A DNA stretch of 63,725 nucleotides from Octopus bimaculoides (lineage: Eukaryota). Both the position numbers and the translations under genes were made by a program. The stretch spans positions 52,572,441-52,636,165 of the forward strand of contig NC_068995.1 of the NCBI RefSeq assembly GCF_001194135.2, in the 5' to 3' direction. Positions 1 to 13,093 of this stretch are shown piece by piece. Under the pieces are notes generated by a model. It saw only the letters and a list, made by a program, of their open reading frames with translations, did not search any database and was not told the DNA's origin. The first letter of the stretch is position 1; each line of letters starts with the position of its first letter.

Positions 1-269
1 TATATATATGTATATATAAAGTTCAAAAGCCAATTAACAAATAATTGAATGAAATACCCATCAAACAGGTGAAATTAACTGAAACAAAAACAAAAACTAG
101 GTCAATTCAATTGGAACAAAGCAGGAAAACTCTAATAATAAAAGAAAAAACGGAATGTTACTTTGAAGTTAAAATACTTGATACCTGTAAATGAGACTTA
201 GCTCAGCATGTCCCCTTTCTCTCCTCTCTCTCCTATATACGTATATGTATGTATGTATGTATGTATGTA

Positions 270-456
270 GGGGCTTTGTGCTTGAGAAGCTTACTTCCCA
301 ACCATGTGATCTTAGGTTCAGCCCTAATGCATGGTACCTTGAGCTAATATCTTAGCTAACATCTTCTTGTTAATATCTTCTATTAATTCCCATTGCCAAC
401 CAAAACCTTATGAGTAAATTCTATAGATGAAAACTGAAAGAAGCCTGTAGCATATA
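270..456 (+). mobile_element. tRNA-headed SINE, family A (working name), decayed
   Basis: ttcccaaccatgtg..ggttcagccc..gg(t)accttgagc..gaaaactgaaagaagcc matches the other family A copies in this window. Confidence 0.6.
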
Positions 457-457
457 T

Positions 458-539
<82 letters not shown>

Positions 540-1555
540 GAGAGAGAGAGATATAGAGAGGGAGAGAGAGAGAGATATAGAGAGGGAGAGAAGTTCTATC
601 AGCCTTGATCACAGAGAGATAATTAATGTCTGCACATACCTAGAAAAGGTAAAAAAACACGTGTCTTCAATAAAAAATAGATTAGCTAAAATCTCCTAAA
701 CAGAAACACTTAGAATTTAGGAATTATTATCTGGAATTAGTTCTCTCTTAATCTAATACTAATGTTCCACATGCAGTATTGCTAATTGATTAAGATGCAA
801 GACCTCCTCATTCAATACACCTTTATGATTTTCCGCTTGAGTGCTTCACCTGTACCTTATTCCAGATTATTCTTTACTTTCTTTTGAATGAGTTCTTGAT
901 TTTCATCGGAATCTTCGAAAAGCTAAAATTTGCAGAATCTCCTTGGTTGTAAATAATTAATGCTATTATGTTGTAAACAAATTACAATGGAAATTATGTA
1001 TGCTTTTGTGTTGTAAACAAACTATATTGGAAGTATTTGGTTGCTGTGAACTTCGTAGTCGTGAAATTAGTAAAAATACTCAAACCAGCAACTAAATAGT
1101 GTTGTGAGTTGACATTTGTAAACAGCCAAATTCCACATTGTTGGCCTAACATTATTCAGATTAGTCAATCTAGTTTTAATTTGACCAAATTTTAACAAAA
1201 GACTTGCTTGTTCCTATTATATTGGGGATTTGGCTAAGTGTCAAGGCTAAAATTACAGGTAAGCCTGAGTGGGTTAAGTAAAGACATAAGGTAAACTTAT
1301 GGGGATGTGTTCTTAGTAAGCATACATTTTAGCATTACTGTGAAAAAGTAGACACTATGGTTAATCCAGATGTTTTTTGTCCCTGTAGGTGAAAAGTAGA
1401 CACTGTTGTTAATTTTCAAAGGATATATATACCTCTATTTGTTTAGTGAGATTAAATTATATGTTTTTACAATTCTTTAAGCAATAACATTATTAATTTC
1501 TTAGAAAATTACTATTTGTAAATCTCACAACGAGAGATATTCAGCAACAGTACTT

Positions 1556-1823
1556 TGGAGTAAAGATTATTTGCCAACATAACATGGCAGTCCTGGTTTA
1601 GGACGAATGTTGCTGTAATTTAGCCCCAGGAGACATTGTCTTCAGCTGGCTATACGACACGATCTGTGTCCTCATATATATATATTTTTTTCTGTTCTAA
1701 AATATAAGGACACAGATCGTGTTGTATAGCCAGCTGGAGACGATGTCTCCTGGGGCTAAATTACAGCAACATTCGTCCTAAACCAGGACTGCCATGTTAT
1801 GTTGGCAAATAATCGTTATTCCA
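1556..1823. mobile_element. Palindromic (foldback) MITE-like element
   Basis: About 117-nt arms (1556-1672 and 1707-1823) are reverse complements with few mismatches, around a short AT-rich spacer. No TSD identified. Confidence 0.8.
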
Positions 1824-1921
1824 TCATTAATTTCTGTTGTTGTTTATCATGAAAATGTTTCTGTTTCTTTTGGAGAAAGGCTTCAATAAGCTTTGTTTCC
1901 AAAGGATAAAATGTACAGTCT

Positions 1922-1972
1922 AAAGATAGTTAATTAGGAAAGATAGTTAATTAGGAAAGATAGTTAATTAGG
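1922..1972 (+). repeat. 17-bp tandem repeat x3
   Basis: aaagatagttaattagg repeated three times exactly. Confidence 0.9.
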
Positions 1973-2850
1973 AAATGTAGGTATTAAAAGATTTGTGGGT
2001 TGGTTTTTCAGTATTGTTTATTGATTCAATTATAATGTAAATTGTTTTAAACGCATGTCTGCGTTTGTATAACTGGCTGACACATTGAAGCTGGACAAAC
2101 AGGATGGAAAATTATAGCATCAGTAACAAGTTTGGGGTGAGTGTGGTCTACATGGTAATTCAATCTTGGAGACATATCAAGGGGAAAAAAAAATCTCCCT
2201 AAAAATAATAAGCGATGGGACATGTTGGATGATGTGGTCTTAGCAACATAAGATTTGACTATGATTGGTTATAGGCAGAAACACATTTTATCGTAGGTCT
2301 GCAAAGTCAGAACTGATCTGGAGTTAAGCAAAAAACAACAGCAGCCACAACAACAATAACATCAATAAAGTAAATAAAAAAATCCAAAGTAAAAAGCAAG
2401 CCAAGACATGATCTCAAGCCAAAGATTAAAAAAAAACAAAAATAACAAAAAAAAATTTCTCATCATTCTGACTAATGAGCGTGAGATGGAAGAGGAGTTA
2501 TTAAACAACGCTATATACTCTAATCAATAAACTCGTTACTGCCTTGCATCGTTAGCATCAAACTAAATCATCTGAAGCTAATTCAGTATATATTTAACCT
2601 TGTTCCAATGGTTTATATACTTATTTTAACCTTGTTTAGTCATCACGCAATCACTCAGTGTTGATTGAACAAAACCATGATCAAAAGGAATTTCGGCTAT
2701 GACTGTCCTATTGTGCACCTTGGACTACATTATTCAATGTGTCTTACTTTTAATGATATTGTGTTATCGTTTTGGGTGATGGAAGCTTTATAAACAATGC
2801 CTATTGAAGCCTTTCCATCTTCAAAATAGATTCAATGTTTATCATAAACA

Positions 2851-2954
2851 TGGCTGTGTGGTGAAAAGCTTCCGTCCCAACCACATGGATCTGGGTTCAG
2901 TCCCACTGAGTGGCACATAGAACAAGTGCTTCTACTATACCCTCAAGCTGACCA
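2851..2954 (+). mobile_element. SINE family A, 5' part
   Basis: tggctgtgtggt..ccaaccacatgg..gggttcagtcccactg head. Confidence 0.75.
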
Positions 2955-3000
2955 CGTTTGGATGGTGCTTTTTATGTGCTAGTAGCACAGGAGCCGGTGA

Positions 3001-3214
3001 ATGTAAACACACCAACACCGGTTGTCAAGTGGTGGTGGGGGACAAACACACACATACACACACGATGGGCTTCTTTCAGTTTCTTTCTATTAAATCCTCT
3101 CAGAAGGCTTTGGTCAAACTGGAGCTATAGTGGAAGACACTTGCCTAAGGTGCCATGCAGTGGGACTGAACCCAGAACCTTGTGGTTGGGAAGCAAACTT
3201 CTTACCACACAGCC
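3001..3214 (-). mobile_element. SINE family A, inverted relative to 2851-2954
   Basis: Reverse complement gives ggctgtgtggtaag..gggttcagtcccactgcatggcacctt..gaaactgaaagaagccc..cttgacaacc. Confidence 0.8.
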
Positions 3215-4546
3215 TATTTATATATTCTCTGAAAATTAAAATGACAATGTCTACTTTTCCTTGAGAGGCTAAGTTATGAGTTTATTAAAAACACATAATT
3301 ATAAATTTGCCTAATGTTCCCTAATTACATCATGAGTGTTTGGACTGTTATGCAAATTAGAAACATCTAATTAGTCTGTCTAAGTTTGTGTTTGCATATG
3401 TATGAGCCACTATTCTCACTGCGGACTGGAATGATTCACTGACCTCTGATAAGATATTAATATATGCTGAAGCTAATCTGTTTTAGTTAAGGTATTGGCC
3501 ATATATCTGCAATTGGAAATTTCTTCCATTAGGTGCAGGTCTGAACAAAGATACTATTTTTTTTTTTTTATGGAAAACCAGCAATTACCCATGTACCCGA
3601 GTTCCCCATCTTTGTTCCATGTTTGTTGTTCAAAGAAAAGGTACCCGTATTGTTGTTGGTAATTACAAAAAGTAAAGAGTTAGAATAAATACCAGTGCTC
3701 TGAAAATTCTACCCCTCCACTGAGCTGGATTAGCATTTTATTTCATTGACCCCAGGATGATAAAAATCAAGTTGACCTTAGCCACATCTGAATTCAGATT
3801 ATAAAGGGCCAGAATAAATAACGGATATCCAATGCTCTAAAAATTCGATCAATTCACTAACCTGGACTGGTATTTAGTTGTATTGATCCCAGAAAAATGA
3901 AAAGCAAGTTGACCTTTCTAGGATTTGAACTCAGAATGTAAAAGAACCAGGAAAGAAATCCTGTGATGCATTTTGCCTGACATTCTAATGATTCTGCCAT
4001 ACTATGTCAGCCCTGATCAAATGTTCCTTTGATCAAAAGCATTTAAGCTGCAACCATTCCGTCTTTCTTTTCCAGGCATAGTGTTTCTAGGACTGTATTA
4101 CCCAGTGTGTCAATGTATCTCATTTTATTTTGAGAGAGTTGAGTGTGATTTAAAAAAAAATTTTTCACTGCTATTTTTAGCTGTCAAATCTCCCTCATCA
4201 CCATCTAATGTCCATCTACCAATCCTGGCATGGGTTGGATAGTTGAAAAGGATTTGGATACCTTNNNNNNNNNNNNNNNNNNNNNNNNNNNNNNNNNNNN
4301 NNNNNNNNNNNNNNNNNNNNNNNNNNNNNNNNNNNNNNNNCCCACCAGTCTTGGAATCCCTTTAAAGGGTCTTCGGCATTGTCTTCCCTCCGACTAAAAG
4401 ATAAAGGAACAAAAGAAACATAATTCCCGTCTCCTAACTAAAAAACCCATCTTTCAGAACGGATGTAGTATCACATATGCAAACAATAAAGCGAAATCGT
4501 TACAACTGGGAATGAAAACCAGTTTGCTGACAAAGCTTGACAGTAG

Positions 4547-4610
4547 CTCACCTAATTTCCTTCTGTACAGCACTCACCTAATTTCCTTCTGTACAGCACT
4601 CACCTAATTT
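4547..4610 (+). repeat. 26-bp tandem repeat x2.5
   Basis: ctcacctaatttccttctgtacagca twice, plus a partial third copy. Confidence 0.9.
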
Positions 4611-4908
4611 TCTTTATTCAATTTTGGATGGTCTTTTAAGTGTTACAACTAAAATGTGTCTCTCTGTCTGTCTACCCCTTTATCTATCTACCTACCTATT
4701 TATCTGTCTGTCTCTGTTTCTCTTTCTCTTATATATATATATATATATGTATGTATACACCCACATGTGTATTTATAAATATATACACATACACACACAC
4801 ATACATGCATGCATGTATACTCACACACAACCATGTGTATATACATATATACGCATGTCCTTCAACAAGTGTTTCATGTTGTTGCTCAGTTACAAAGCAT
4901 TTTACCTG

Positions 4909-4931
4909 AACCCTAACCCTAACCCTAACCC
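4909..4931 (-). repeat. Short interstitial (TTAGGG)n tract
   Basis: aaccctaaccctaaccctaaccc on the plus strand. Confidence 0.8.
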
Positions 4932-5124
4932 CTTACTTTCCCTCTGTCATAAAATTCTTTTGTTGTAAATAATGCAATTCTCGCAACACCCTTATATCTG
5001 TTGTATGTGTTGATCGTTAATAGCAACCCTCAAGGTTGGCAGTTCAAATTCCACCGCTTTACCTGTATTAATACTAGAATAAAAGAAAAACATAAAAAAG
5101 CAATAAAAACAACATCACAAATTA

Positions 5125-5600
5125 TTTCAGATGTGTTGCTGTTTAACTCCAGGTTAATCCTGGCCAAGCACCAACAATATTCAAACATACTCCAGCCATG
5201 ACAATCCTGTCTGTTTCTGTTTTTTTATTGTTTTTGGTGGTTTTATATAAGACTAAATTGTCTAATATATCCTGCTCTTTCTTTGAGACAACGGGAGGTG
5301 ATTCGAGAGAGACTTGGTTGCTATTTCTAGCAGATCAACTGACCACATAGTGGCTGCCCTCAATGGCTTAACCTGACACTAGTTGTTGCATTTGTTTAGC
5401 CCCAGGTCAACTTGACCCAACTGGGAACTATGATCAAAAACATTTCAATTATGATAGTCTTACTTTTATTTAAGACACAGTATATCTAGGATTATATTTT
5501 CCAATGTGTCTTTCCTCTTTTTCTAAACAGTAGAAAGTGATTTGTGGGAAATTTGGCTGCTATTTCTGGCAGGCTATGCGACATCATAGAGTTTTCCTTT
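5125..5600. repeat. Dispersed repeat family F (tandem fragments); others near 4005-4195, 29550-29630, 32955-33070, 46580-46680, 50715-50905 and 61950-62150
   Basis: Recurrent motifs gtttagccccaggtca, tgatcaaa..cattccagccatgac, ttggctgctatttctagcag. Confidence 0.6.
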
Positions 5601-5853
5601 TTAACAATGAGCCCAGGCCAAAAGAGCAAATAACTAATCTATCTGTCTGTCTGTCTGTCTGTCTGTCTCTGTCTTGTCTGTCTATCTGTATGTCTGTCTG
5701 TCCATCCGTCCGTCTGTCCATCCATCCACCCATCTACTTACACACACACACATATATGTTGTCTGTCTATCTGTTCATCCATCCACCCATCCATCCACAT
5801 ATATATACATATACACACATGCATATATATATATATATATATATATACATACA

Positions 5854-5924
<71 letters not shown>

Positions 5925-6120
5925 GTACATACATATATATGGGTATATATATATATATATATATGTGTATAAGTGTATATATGTATATATGTGTGTGTAT
6001 GTATATATTTACATATGTTTATACATGTACACACGTACACACATGCACACAAGTAAAATTCAGTTGAATAGGCACTTAAATTAAGGCACTTCGTTAGGTT
6101 GGAATAATATACACAGTGTA

Positions 6121-6383
6121 TTCTTTTATTCTTTTATTATTTTACTTGTTTCAGTCATTTGACTGTGGCCATGCTGGAGCACCGCCTTTAGTCGAGCAAA
6201 TCGCCCCCAGGACTTATTCTTTGTAAGTCTAGTACTTATTCTATCGGTTCTTTTTTGCTGAACCTCTAAGTTACCCGCATCGGTTGTCAAGCGATGATGG
6301 TGGGAACAAACACGGACACACAAACACACACACACACACACAAAACGGGTTTCTTTCAGTTTCCATCTACCATGTTCACTCAC
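6121..6383 (-). mobile_element. SINE family A, 3' half
   Basis: Reverse complement of gaataagtactag..gaataagtcctgggg..ctccagcatggcc..agtcaaatgactgaaacaagtaaaa; same as 57636-57875. Confidence 0.8.
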
Positions 6384-6975
6384 GATGATGGTGATGGTGA
6401 TGATGATGATGGTGACTAGGTGTTTAAGTTTGATCTAGTTCTAGGATTATCATTGAGATCGAAAATACTTTTAATTAAATGTTTTTTTAGCTATCAATTT
6501 CGATTAAATGATTCCTCACAAGCTCCATTACTCTCAATTTATAATGCTATATATATATATGTATATATATAACCTTTTTTTTTCGAACAGCTGTGTATTC
6601 AGAGGTTGATTCAACACTCAAAATAACTCTGGTACCCAATGCACTTCAAACTAAACAAATTAATTTTATCAAATTAAATGTTAATCATAAATCGGCAGAT
6701 TTGCTATGTTTTCGTTGAGTGCTAATTAATAGATTCATCATTATATTTTTCTATTATGCTAATCTCATCACCACAACAACTGAGGTTAATTATTAATTTG
6801 CTTTATTAATAAATAACATAGACAGAATGAATTAGATTATTAGTAATCTGTTTATAGGCTGTTATATTAATCCATTCCATTAAATTAAATTGGAACTTTT
6901 TAAACAGGTAAGAGACATATTATTGAGTACGGTTTCTGCTTTAACCTTAAGCTGTTGAGCAAAACTATGACACCA

Positions 6976-7165
6976 GTCATCGTCATCATCATCATCATTA
7001 CCGTCGTTGTCATCATCTTTTTGGCGTCCACTTTTCCATGCTGGTGTGGGTCAGACAGATTTTATTGAGGCAGATTTTCTATGGTTGGATGCCCTTCCTG
7101 TTATCAACCTTCACCTATTTCCAAGCAAGGTAATATTTTTCCAAGGCCAGACATGTTTTTGTAGA
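6976..7165 (-). mobile_element. Family B-related subfamily copy; similar copies near 33460-33670 (+), 49074-49225 (-) and 58678-58785 (-)
   Basis: (CAT)n..gtccacttttccatgctgg..ggttggatgcccttcctgtt..ccaagcaaggtaata. Confidence 0.65.
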
Positions 7166-7964
7166 CTATTGAAAATGAATGACACCTACAATGCAAAAAA
7201 TAGAAAATAAGGAACACATTTGAAATGATATCCTTGTTTTAGAAATTAATTCAGTTAGATTCAAAGACATCCAACCATCAATTAATTTATTAATATTTTT
7301 GTTTATATTCAAAATAAAGTGTTGAGTGTGGCAAGCTGCAGTGAGTGAGCGAGTGTGCATTTTTGTCTACCTGTGTTAAATATATCTTTACTTGCAAATC
7401 ACATATATCACATGCTATATATATACATATACATACATACATACATGTGTGTGTGTGTGTGTCCAGAGTAGCCTTGATATGCCATCAAAAAAAATGGCAG
7501 GGTGGCGCATGAAAGATTTCCTTTCAAACATTCAAATTTAGTCATCCATATTAGGACCCACCTCTGGGCGTTTATTTTTTCCACATATATATAATATACG
7601 TTATATTAGTTAAACAGACTTATGTAAATATACTTATATGAAAGAATATATATATATATTTATATATTTATATATGTACATGTGTGTGTATTTACACACA
7701 CACATACACATATAGGCATACACATGTCTCAGTCTAATGTAAACATTATGTAAACACATGCTCTCACTTTCTCTGTCTCTCATACTCACACACAGACATA
7801 TGGATTTATGTAATATTGGTTTGAAATTATAGCCCAAGGCCACTATTTCAGGTGAGGTGGTTAAGTCGATGTCATCGACACTGCCGAAATGATGAAAGGC
7901 AAAAATCAAGCTCAATTACTGATTATGATTAGTTAATTGCTTATTAAAGACTATAACTAAGTGT

Positions 7965-8328
7965 GGAGGCACAATAGCCCAGTGGTTAGGGCAGCGGACT
8001 TGTGATCGTAGGATTGTGGTTTTGATTCCCAGACGGGGCATTGTGAGTGTTTATTGAGCAAAAACATCTAAAGCTCTATGAGGCTCCAGCAGGGGCTGGT
8101 GGCGAACCCTGCTGTAGTCTTTCACAACTTTCTCTCACTCTTTCTTCCTGCTTCTGTTGTACCTGTATTTCAAAGGGGACAGCCTTGTCACACTCTGTGT
8201 CACGCTGAATCTCCCTGAGAACTAAATTAAGGGTACAAATGTCTGTGGAGTGCTCAGCCACTTGCACGTTAATTTCACGAGCAGGTTGTTCTGTTGATTG
8301 AATCAACTGGAACCCTTGTCGTCGTAAC
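7965..8328 (+). mobile_element. tRNA-headed SINE, family C, full length
   Basis: Head ggaggcacaatagcccagtggttagg..ggttttgattcccagac (A/B-like boxes); body and tail collinear with 29679-30055. Confidence 0.85.
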
Positions 8329-8360
8329 TTGGCTATGTATATATAGATAGAGATACTAGG

Positions 8361-8410
<50 letters not shown>

Positions 8411-8665
8411 ATTTAAATACAAAACCAAAAGAGCTGCCGTGAGTGTCATGCTTTCATAATACTTGAACAGGCATTTTCATAAAATACACCGTGTATGCTC
8501 AAGTATCATACAAGCATGAAACTATTAGTAGCTCTTTCAGATGTGTATGTAAATTTATATTTGTCTTTGACTAGATGGAATACATTTTTTGTTGATTCTC
8601 CCATAATTTGGTCTTTAAACTATATATATATATGTGCGTATATATGTATATTTATATATGTGTGT

Positions 8666-8699
<34 letters not shown>

Positions 8700-9872
8700 T
8701 TGAGTAATTATATGTATAGGTGTGCATGTTTATATATGTGTGTATGTATGTTTATAAGTATAAGGATCCATGTCAAGTGCAGGTTGCTAACTGGGTAGCT
8801 GTGTAGGAGTGACAGATTGTCAATAGGGTCTTTGAAATACTTTCTTCACGAAGGAAGTATCGGTAAGGTGTGTGGGTAGAGATAATGGCCGGGAGATTGG
8901 CTGAGCAGGTGTAAAGTGATCTCTAGTAGCCTTCTTACCGTTTATCTAGTTTAAAGGGTTGGGTCAACATAACCCTTCTACTTCTCCTCCTGATATGCTT
9001 CTGTTTCCTCCTCCTCCTCCTCCTTATTTATGCAACTCTCATGCATTATCACCTTTATTCCGTTGCTGTTCCCTTTTTGTTTTTTTTTAACTCTGTTGTT
9101 TAATATCAAAGCAACGCAGCACCAGCAGAGTAGTAGCACCAACACCACCCTCAATATCAGGAATTTTTTGAAGGGAGGGTACAAGGTCAGAGGGAAATAC
9201 AATTCAAGGAGAAAAGGGCGTGATAACATTATTTAGAAGGGCGCACTTATTTTCTTGAAGGTGACATGTGGCCCTCATGCCCCTCCCTTGCGTCTGCCCC
9301 AAGGTTGAGTCAAACAAATCACCCCCACCCTCCTTATCTTTTCAAATCTGGTACTTATTCTGTTGGTCTCTTTTGCTGAACTGAGAAGTTATGGGGATGT
9401 AAACAAACCAACATTTGTTGTCAAGTGGCAATGGGGGTACAAACACAAAGATGCACACACGTACACACATATACACACATTTATATGTATTTACACTGAA
9501 CACAATGCATATGCATACATATGTGCACACACACACACACACACACACATACATACATATATACACAAGCACACACACACACAACAGCATATGCAGTGTA
9601 GGAGGATTTAATTAACACGCATAATCTCACCTGGTGTCAACATGACCACCTGGTTACTAAGGAAAATGGCTGTGGGAAGGGAAACGTTGGGAGAAGGGGT
9701 TAAAATGGGAGAATGCAGGGTGGGGAAACTCAATTGACATCCTTCTTTTTATGTCATTCCATTGACTAATGTGTTTTGTGTACCTGTGTAATAATTGTTG
9801 CTTACCTGTTGCTAATTCTGCTACAGGTATGATATGTGTAGGAGTACATTGCAGAAACACACATACACACTC

Positions 9873-9908
<36 letters not shown>

Positions 9909-9923
9909 ACACACCCACACACA

Positions 9924-9960
9924 CAGTAATCCCTCGACTTTCGCAGGTGTTACGTTCCAT
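9924..9960 (+). mobile_element. Tigger/pogo-like TIR remnant
   Basis: cagtaatccctcgactttcgcagg resembles pogo-family termini; no partner end seen. Confidence 0.4.
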
Positions 9961-9967
9961 AATAATA

Positions 9968-10188
9968 ATAATGGTTTCAAATTTTGCCACAAGGACAGCA
10001 ATTTTTTGGGGAAAAGATGAGTCAATTACATTGACCCCAGTGTTTCACTGGTACTTATTTTATCGACCGCGAAAGGATGAAAGGTAAGTTGACCTTGGTG
10101 GAATTTGAACTCAGAACATAGCGACAGGTGAAATACTGCTAAGCATTTCGTCTGGCATGCTAACGATTCTGTCAGCTCCCTGCCTTAG
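9968..10188 (-). mobile_element. tRNA-headed SINE, family E; other copies or fragments near 3730-3992, 29270-29470, 31645-31715, 54435-54545 and 60110-60190
   Basis: Reverse complement: gagctgacagaatcgttagc..gttctgagttcaaattcc..aggtcaacttacctttcatcc..aagtaccag..ctggggtcaa. Confidence 0.8.
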
Positions 10189-10340
10189 TAATAATAATAA
10201 TAATAATAATAATAATTATTATTATTATCATTATTATTATTATTATTATTTCTGCTCTTGGCATGATGAAATAAGATTTCTAACATTCATTAATAATGTC
10301 TTTGGTCTTATATCCTTGTTTTTTCTTTTTTATTTTACAG

Positions 10341-12358
10341 ATCAAAAGCTTAGATCCTGAAGGACTTTGTTCAAAATCAAAGTTGCTGAACCAAGGAGAC
10401 TGCTTGGTATCCTGCAATGGTAATTCTCTGTACAAGATTCCATTTAACCAGTGTTTGAACATAATCAACTCTGAAGGTCCGTCCTTGACTTTCGAAATTT
10501 TGCGCAAGGATGCTATCGCAGTAGATGAAAACATTGAATCAGAAACAAACATTAACCAGGAAACAAAAGTCAACAACAACAACAGCAACAACACGTGGAA
10601 CCCTGAGATAGAATTGGAAAACAGAAACATCAAAGACAAACCAAAGGAATTTGATGAAAATGAAGATTTGTTGATAAGTTTCAAAGACTTGAGTACAGAG
10701 GATTCTGTAATATCATTAGATTCATTGAATAATGTAACATCAGAAGTTGCTCTGTTACAAGAATCGACCAGTAGTAGCTACACAGAGCAAAACCTTACAA
10801 GCGAAACTGTACCAGAAGAGTCAACCACTGAAGCCCTTTGTTTAGATCCTATTGGTACTCTGAATCTGTCCAGTGAGACACAAGACATTACTGAAGTTAA
10901 TTTAGGGGACTCAAAAGATAAGAGTCTTACAAAAGGTGTTGTTGAAGACAAATGTGTCCAACAAGATGTTGTCAGTGAGCACAGCAGTGTGCCGAATAAT
11001 TCAGCCGGTCAGAGAAATATGTCAGAGTACAGAAACTCTAAGCAAGAATTTTCATTAAATGAGTCCGACGACTCATTAATTTCAAACGAACTGAACAACA
11101 ACTTCAGTATCATCTGTCCATGCTACTCCAACGAGGATTTGATTTCTTTAGGTTTAGATAGTCCACCACCACACAAAGCCGATCTTACATTTCAAAGCAC
11201 TATTGTTGCACCACGAGAAGCTGCTGGTGAGAGCAAATCTGACTTGGATGATATCGACATCAATCCTTTCCTTGATCAGCAAGACAACTACAGATCAGAA
11301 CACAACCTCAACAACTTCAATACCAACAGGACTGGATTCCCCATTAGCCATCACCAAAAAATCAAGATCACAAATAATTCAAACGATCTTTTGAGTTTCC
11401 AGTCAAATAATAACCAGAAAAAATTAGCTTCCTACAATGAGTTGCTTGAGGATGAATTAGAATCCCCTTTCTCCACTGACGGTAGCCTTCCAAGCTCTTT
11501 TGGAGCACAAGTTGCTGATGAAGATGGAGATATTAACACACACTTGTCATTAATGCATTCCCAAAATGATGGCGTTGAAGAAACCTTGGTGATGTCCCCA
11601 GATTCTGGACGTCCTGATTCTCCGAGAATTCAGAAAAACAGCTCCCTTAATAGTCTAAAGATTTCCCACAAAAGAGACATTGCTTCTCCGTACTCCAATA
11701 TATCTGATGACTTTAAATCTGAAGATGACTCGTCAACAGCGTACTATGATGTAAAAACTGATGAGGATGATACAACAACTTATCAAGATTTATCAGAAAT
11801 ATCAACAGAACTAGGCGACAAGTTTCAAAAGAGTAACCATTCCGATTTCTTTGAATCAGCAGATTCTTGTAAAACATCAGAATCATCATTTGATATGTGC
11901 AATGATGGGGATCAAGAGACCGACCGATCTTCAAAGCCACTGAAAAACACAATGACGTCTGAGGTCCACCTAAAATCAAGGGATACGAAATCCCTACCGA
12001 GAGCCATGACGTCCAGTTATATGACTGAGTCATTTCAAGACAATCATCTAAGATCTTTGAACAAATATGCTATTGATACGAGTTTATTGAAGAATGTTAG
12101 TGAAAAAATACTGCCAACTAGTAACTCTTCTGTGAACAATAAAGAAAAACTTATTTTATCAAAGAGACTCTTCTCAAGTACGATGAAACAGGAAAGGAAA
12201 AACAGTAACCAAACTAGATCTGAAGAGAAACCCTTTCGGGTGGAAGTATTGAAAGGGATTCTTGGTTTAGGGATGACACTGACCGTGGATGAAAATGGTT
12301 TTGTCAGAGTATCAGAAATTAAAAGCCAAAGCACAATTGGAAAAAATGGGAACATTAA
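10341..12358 (+). CDS. PDZD2/IL16-like: Multi-PDZ scaffold, first exon visible in window: C-half of PDZ-a, long S/N/D/E-rich spacer, N-half of PDZ-b
   Basis: Acceptor ttttattttacag|ATC at 10340/10341 (phase 0) and donor AA|gtgagt at 12358 (phase 2), inside ORF 10296-12362. Starts IKSLDPEGLC..NQGDCLVSCNG (PDZ GD motif) and ends FRVEVLKGILGLGMTL..NGNIK. The upstream exon was not found. Confidence 0.9.
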
Positions 12359-12737
12359 GTGAGTTTTTGTTTATATGTTATTTTATATTTTATTTTATCT
12401 TCTTTTTCTTTTTAGTGATTTTTGCGTTCATCTTGTTTATGAGTTTTTTATGGACACAAGAATAGCCATATCGTTTAGTTAATTTTGCATGGCATCTCAA
12501 ATAGACATCTACTAAATGCCAAATTTAGAAATTAATAATGATCAGAATGTTTTCTATTAGTTAATCTGAATCTTTTATAAAAGTTCCATTCATATCTTGG
12601 ATGCATTTTGGAAATATAAATCATTACAACTGTTTGATTTTGTCTATGCCAGTGAGAGGAAATACAACATCGATCTCAGATTTAGGCCCTGAAAAGAAGG
12701 GGACATTACTTAATATCCCAAATATTTTGTCTAATAC

Positions 12738-12995
12738 GTCATCATCATCATCATCATCATCGTTTAATGTCCGTTTTCCATGCTGGCATGGGTTGGATGG
12801 TTCGACTGGGGTCTAGGAAGCCAGGAGGCTGCACCAGGCCCCAGTCTGACCTGGCAGTGTTTCTGCAGCTGGATGCCCTTCCTAATGCCAACCACTCAAA
12901 GAGTGTAGTGGGTGCTTTTTACGTGCCACTGGGATGGAAACCAGTCAAGGCGGCTCTGGCATTGGCCACGTTCAGACGGTGCTTTTTATGTGCCA
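12738..12995 (-). mobile_element. Family B copy, older
   Basis: (CAT)n gtttaatgtccgttttccatgctggcatgggttgg..ggatgcccttcctaatgccaacc. Confidence 0.8.
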
Positions 12996-13029
12996 CCGGC
13001 GCAGGGATCACAACTACAATTCCCAGTCT

Positions 13030-13093
13030 TCTGCCTGGCCAGCTCCTTTCAAACTGTCCAATCCATGCTAGCATGGAAAGCAGACATTAAACA
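13030..13093 (+). mobile_element. Family B tail fragment, inverted relative to 12738-12995
   Basis: ccagctcctttcaaactgtccaatccatgctagcatggaaagcagacattaaac. Confidence 0.7.
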
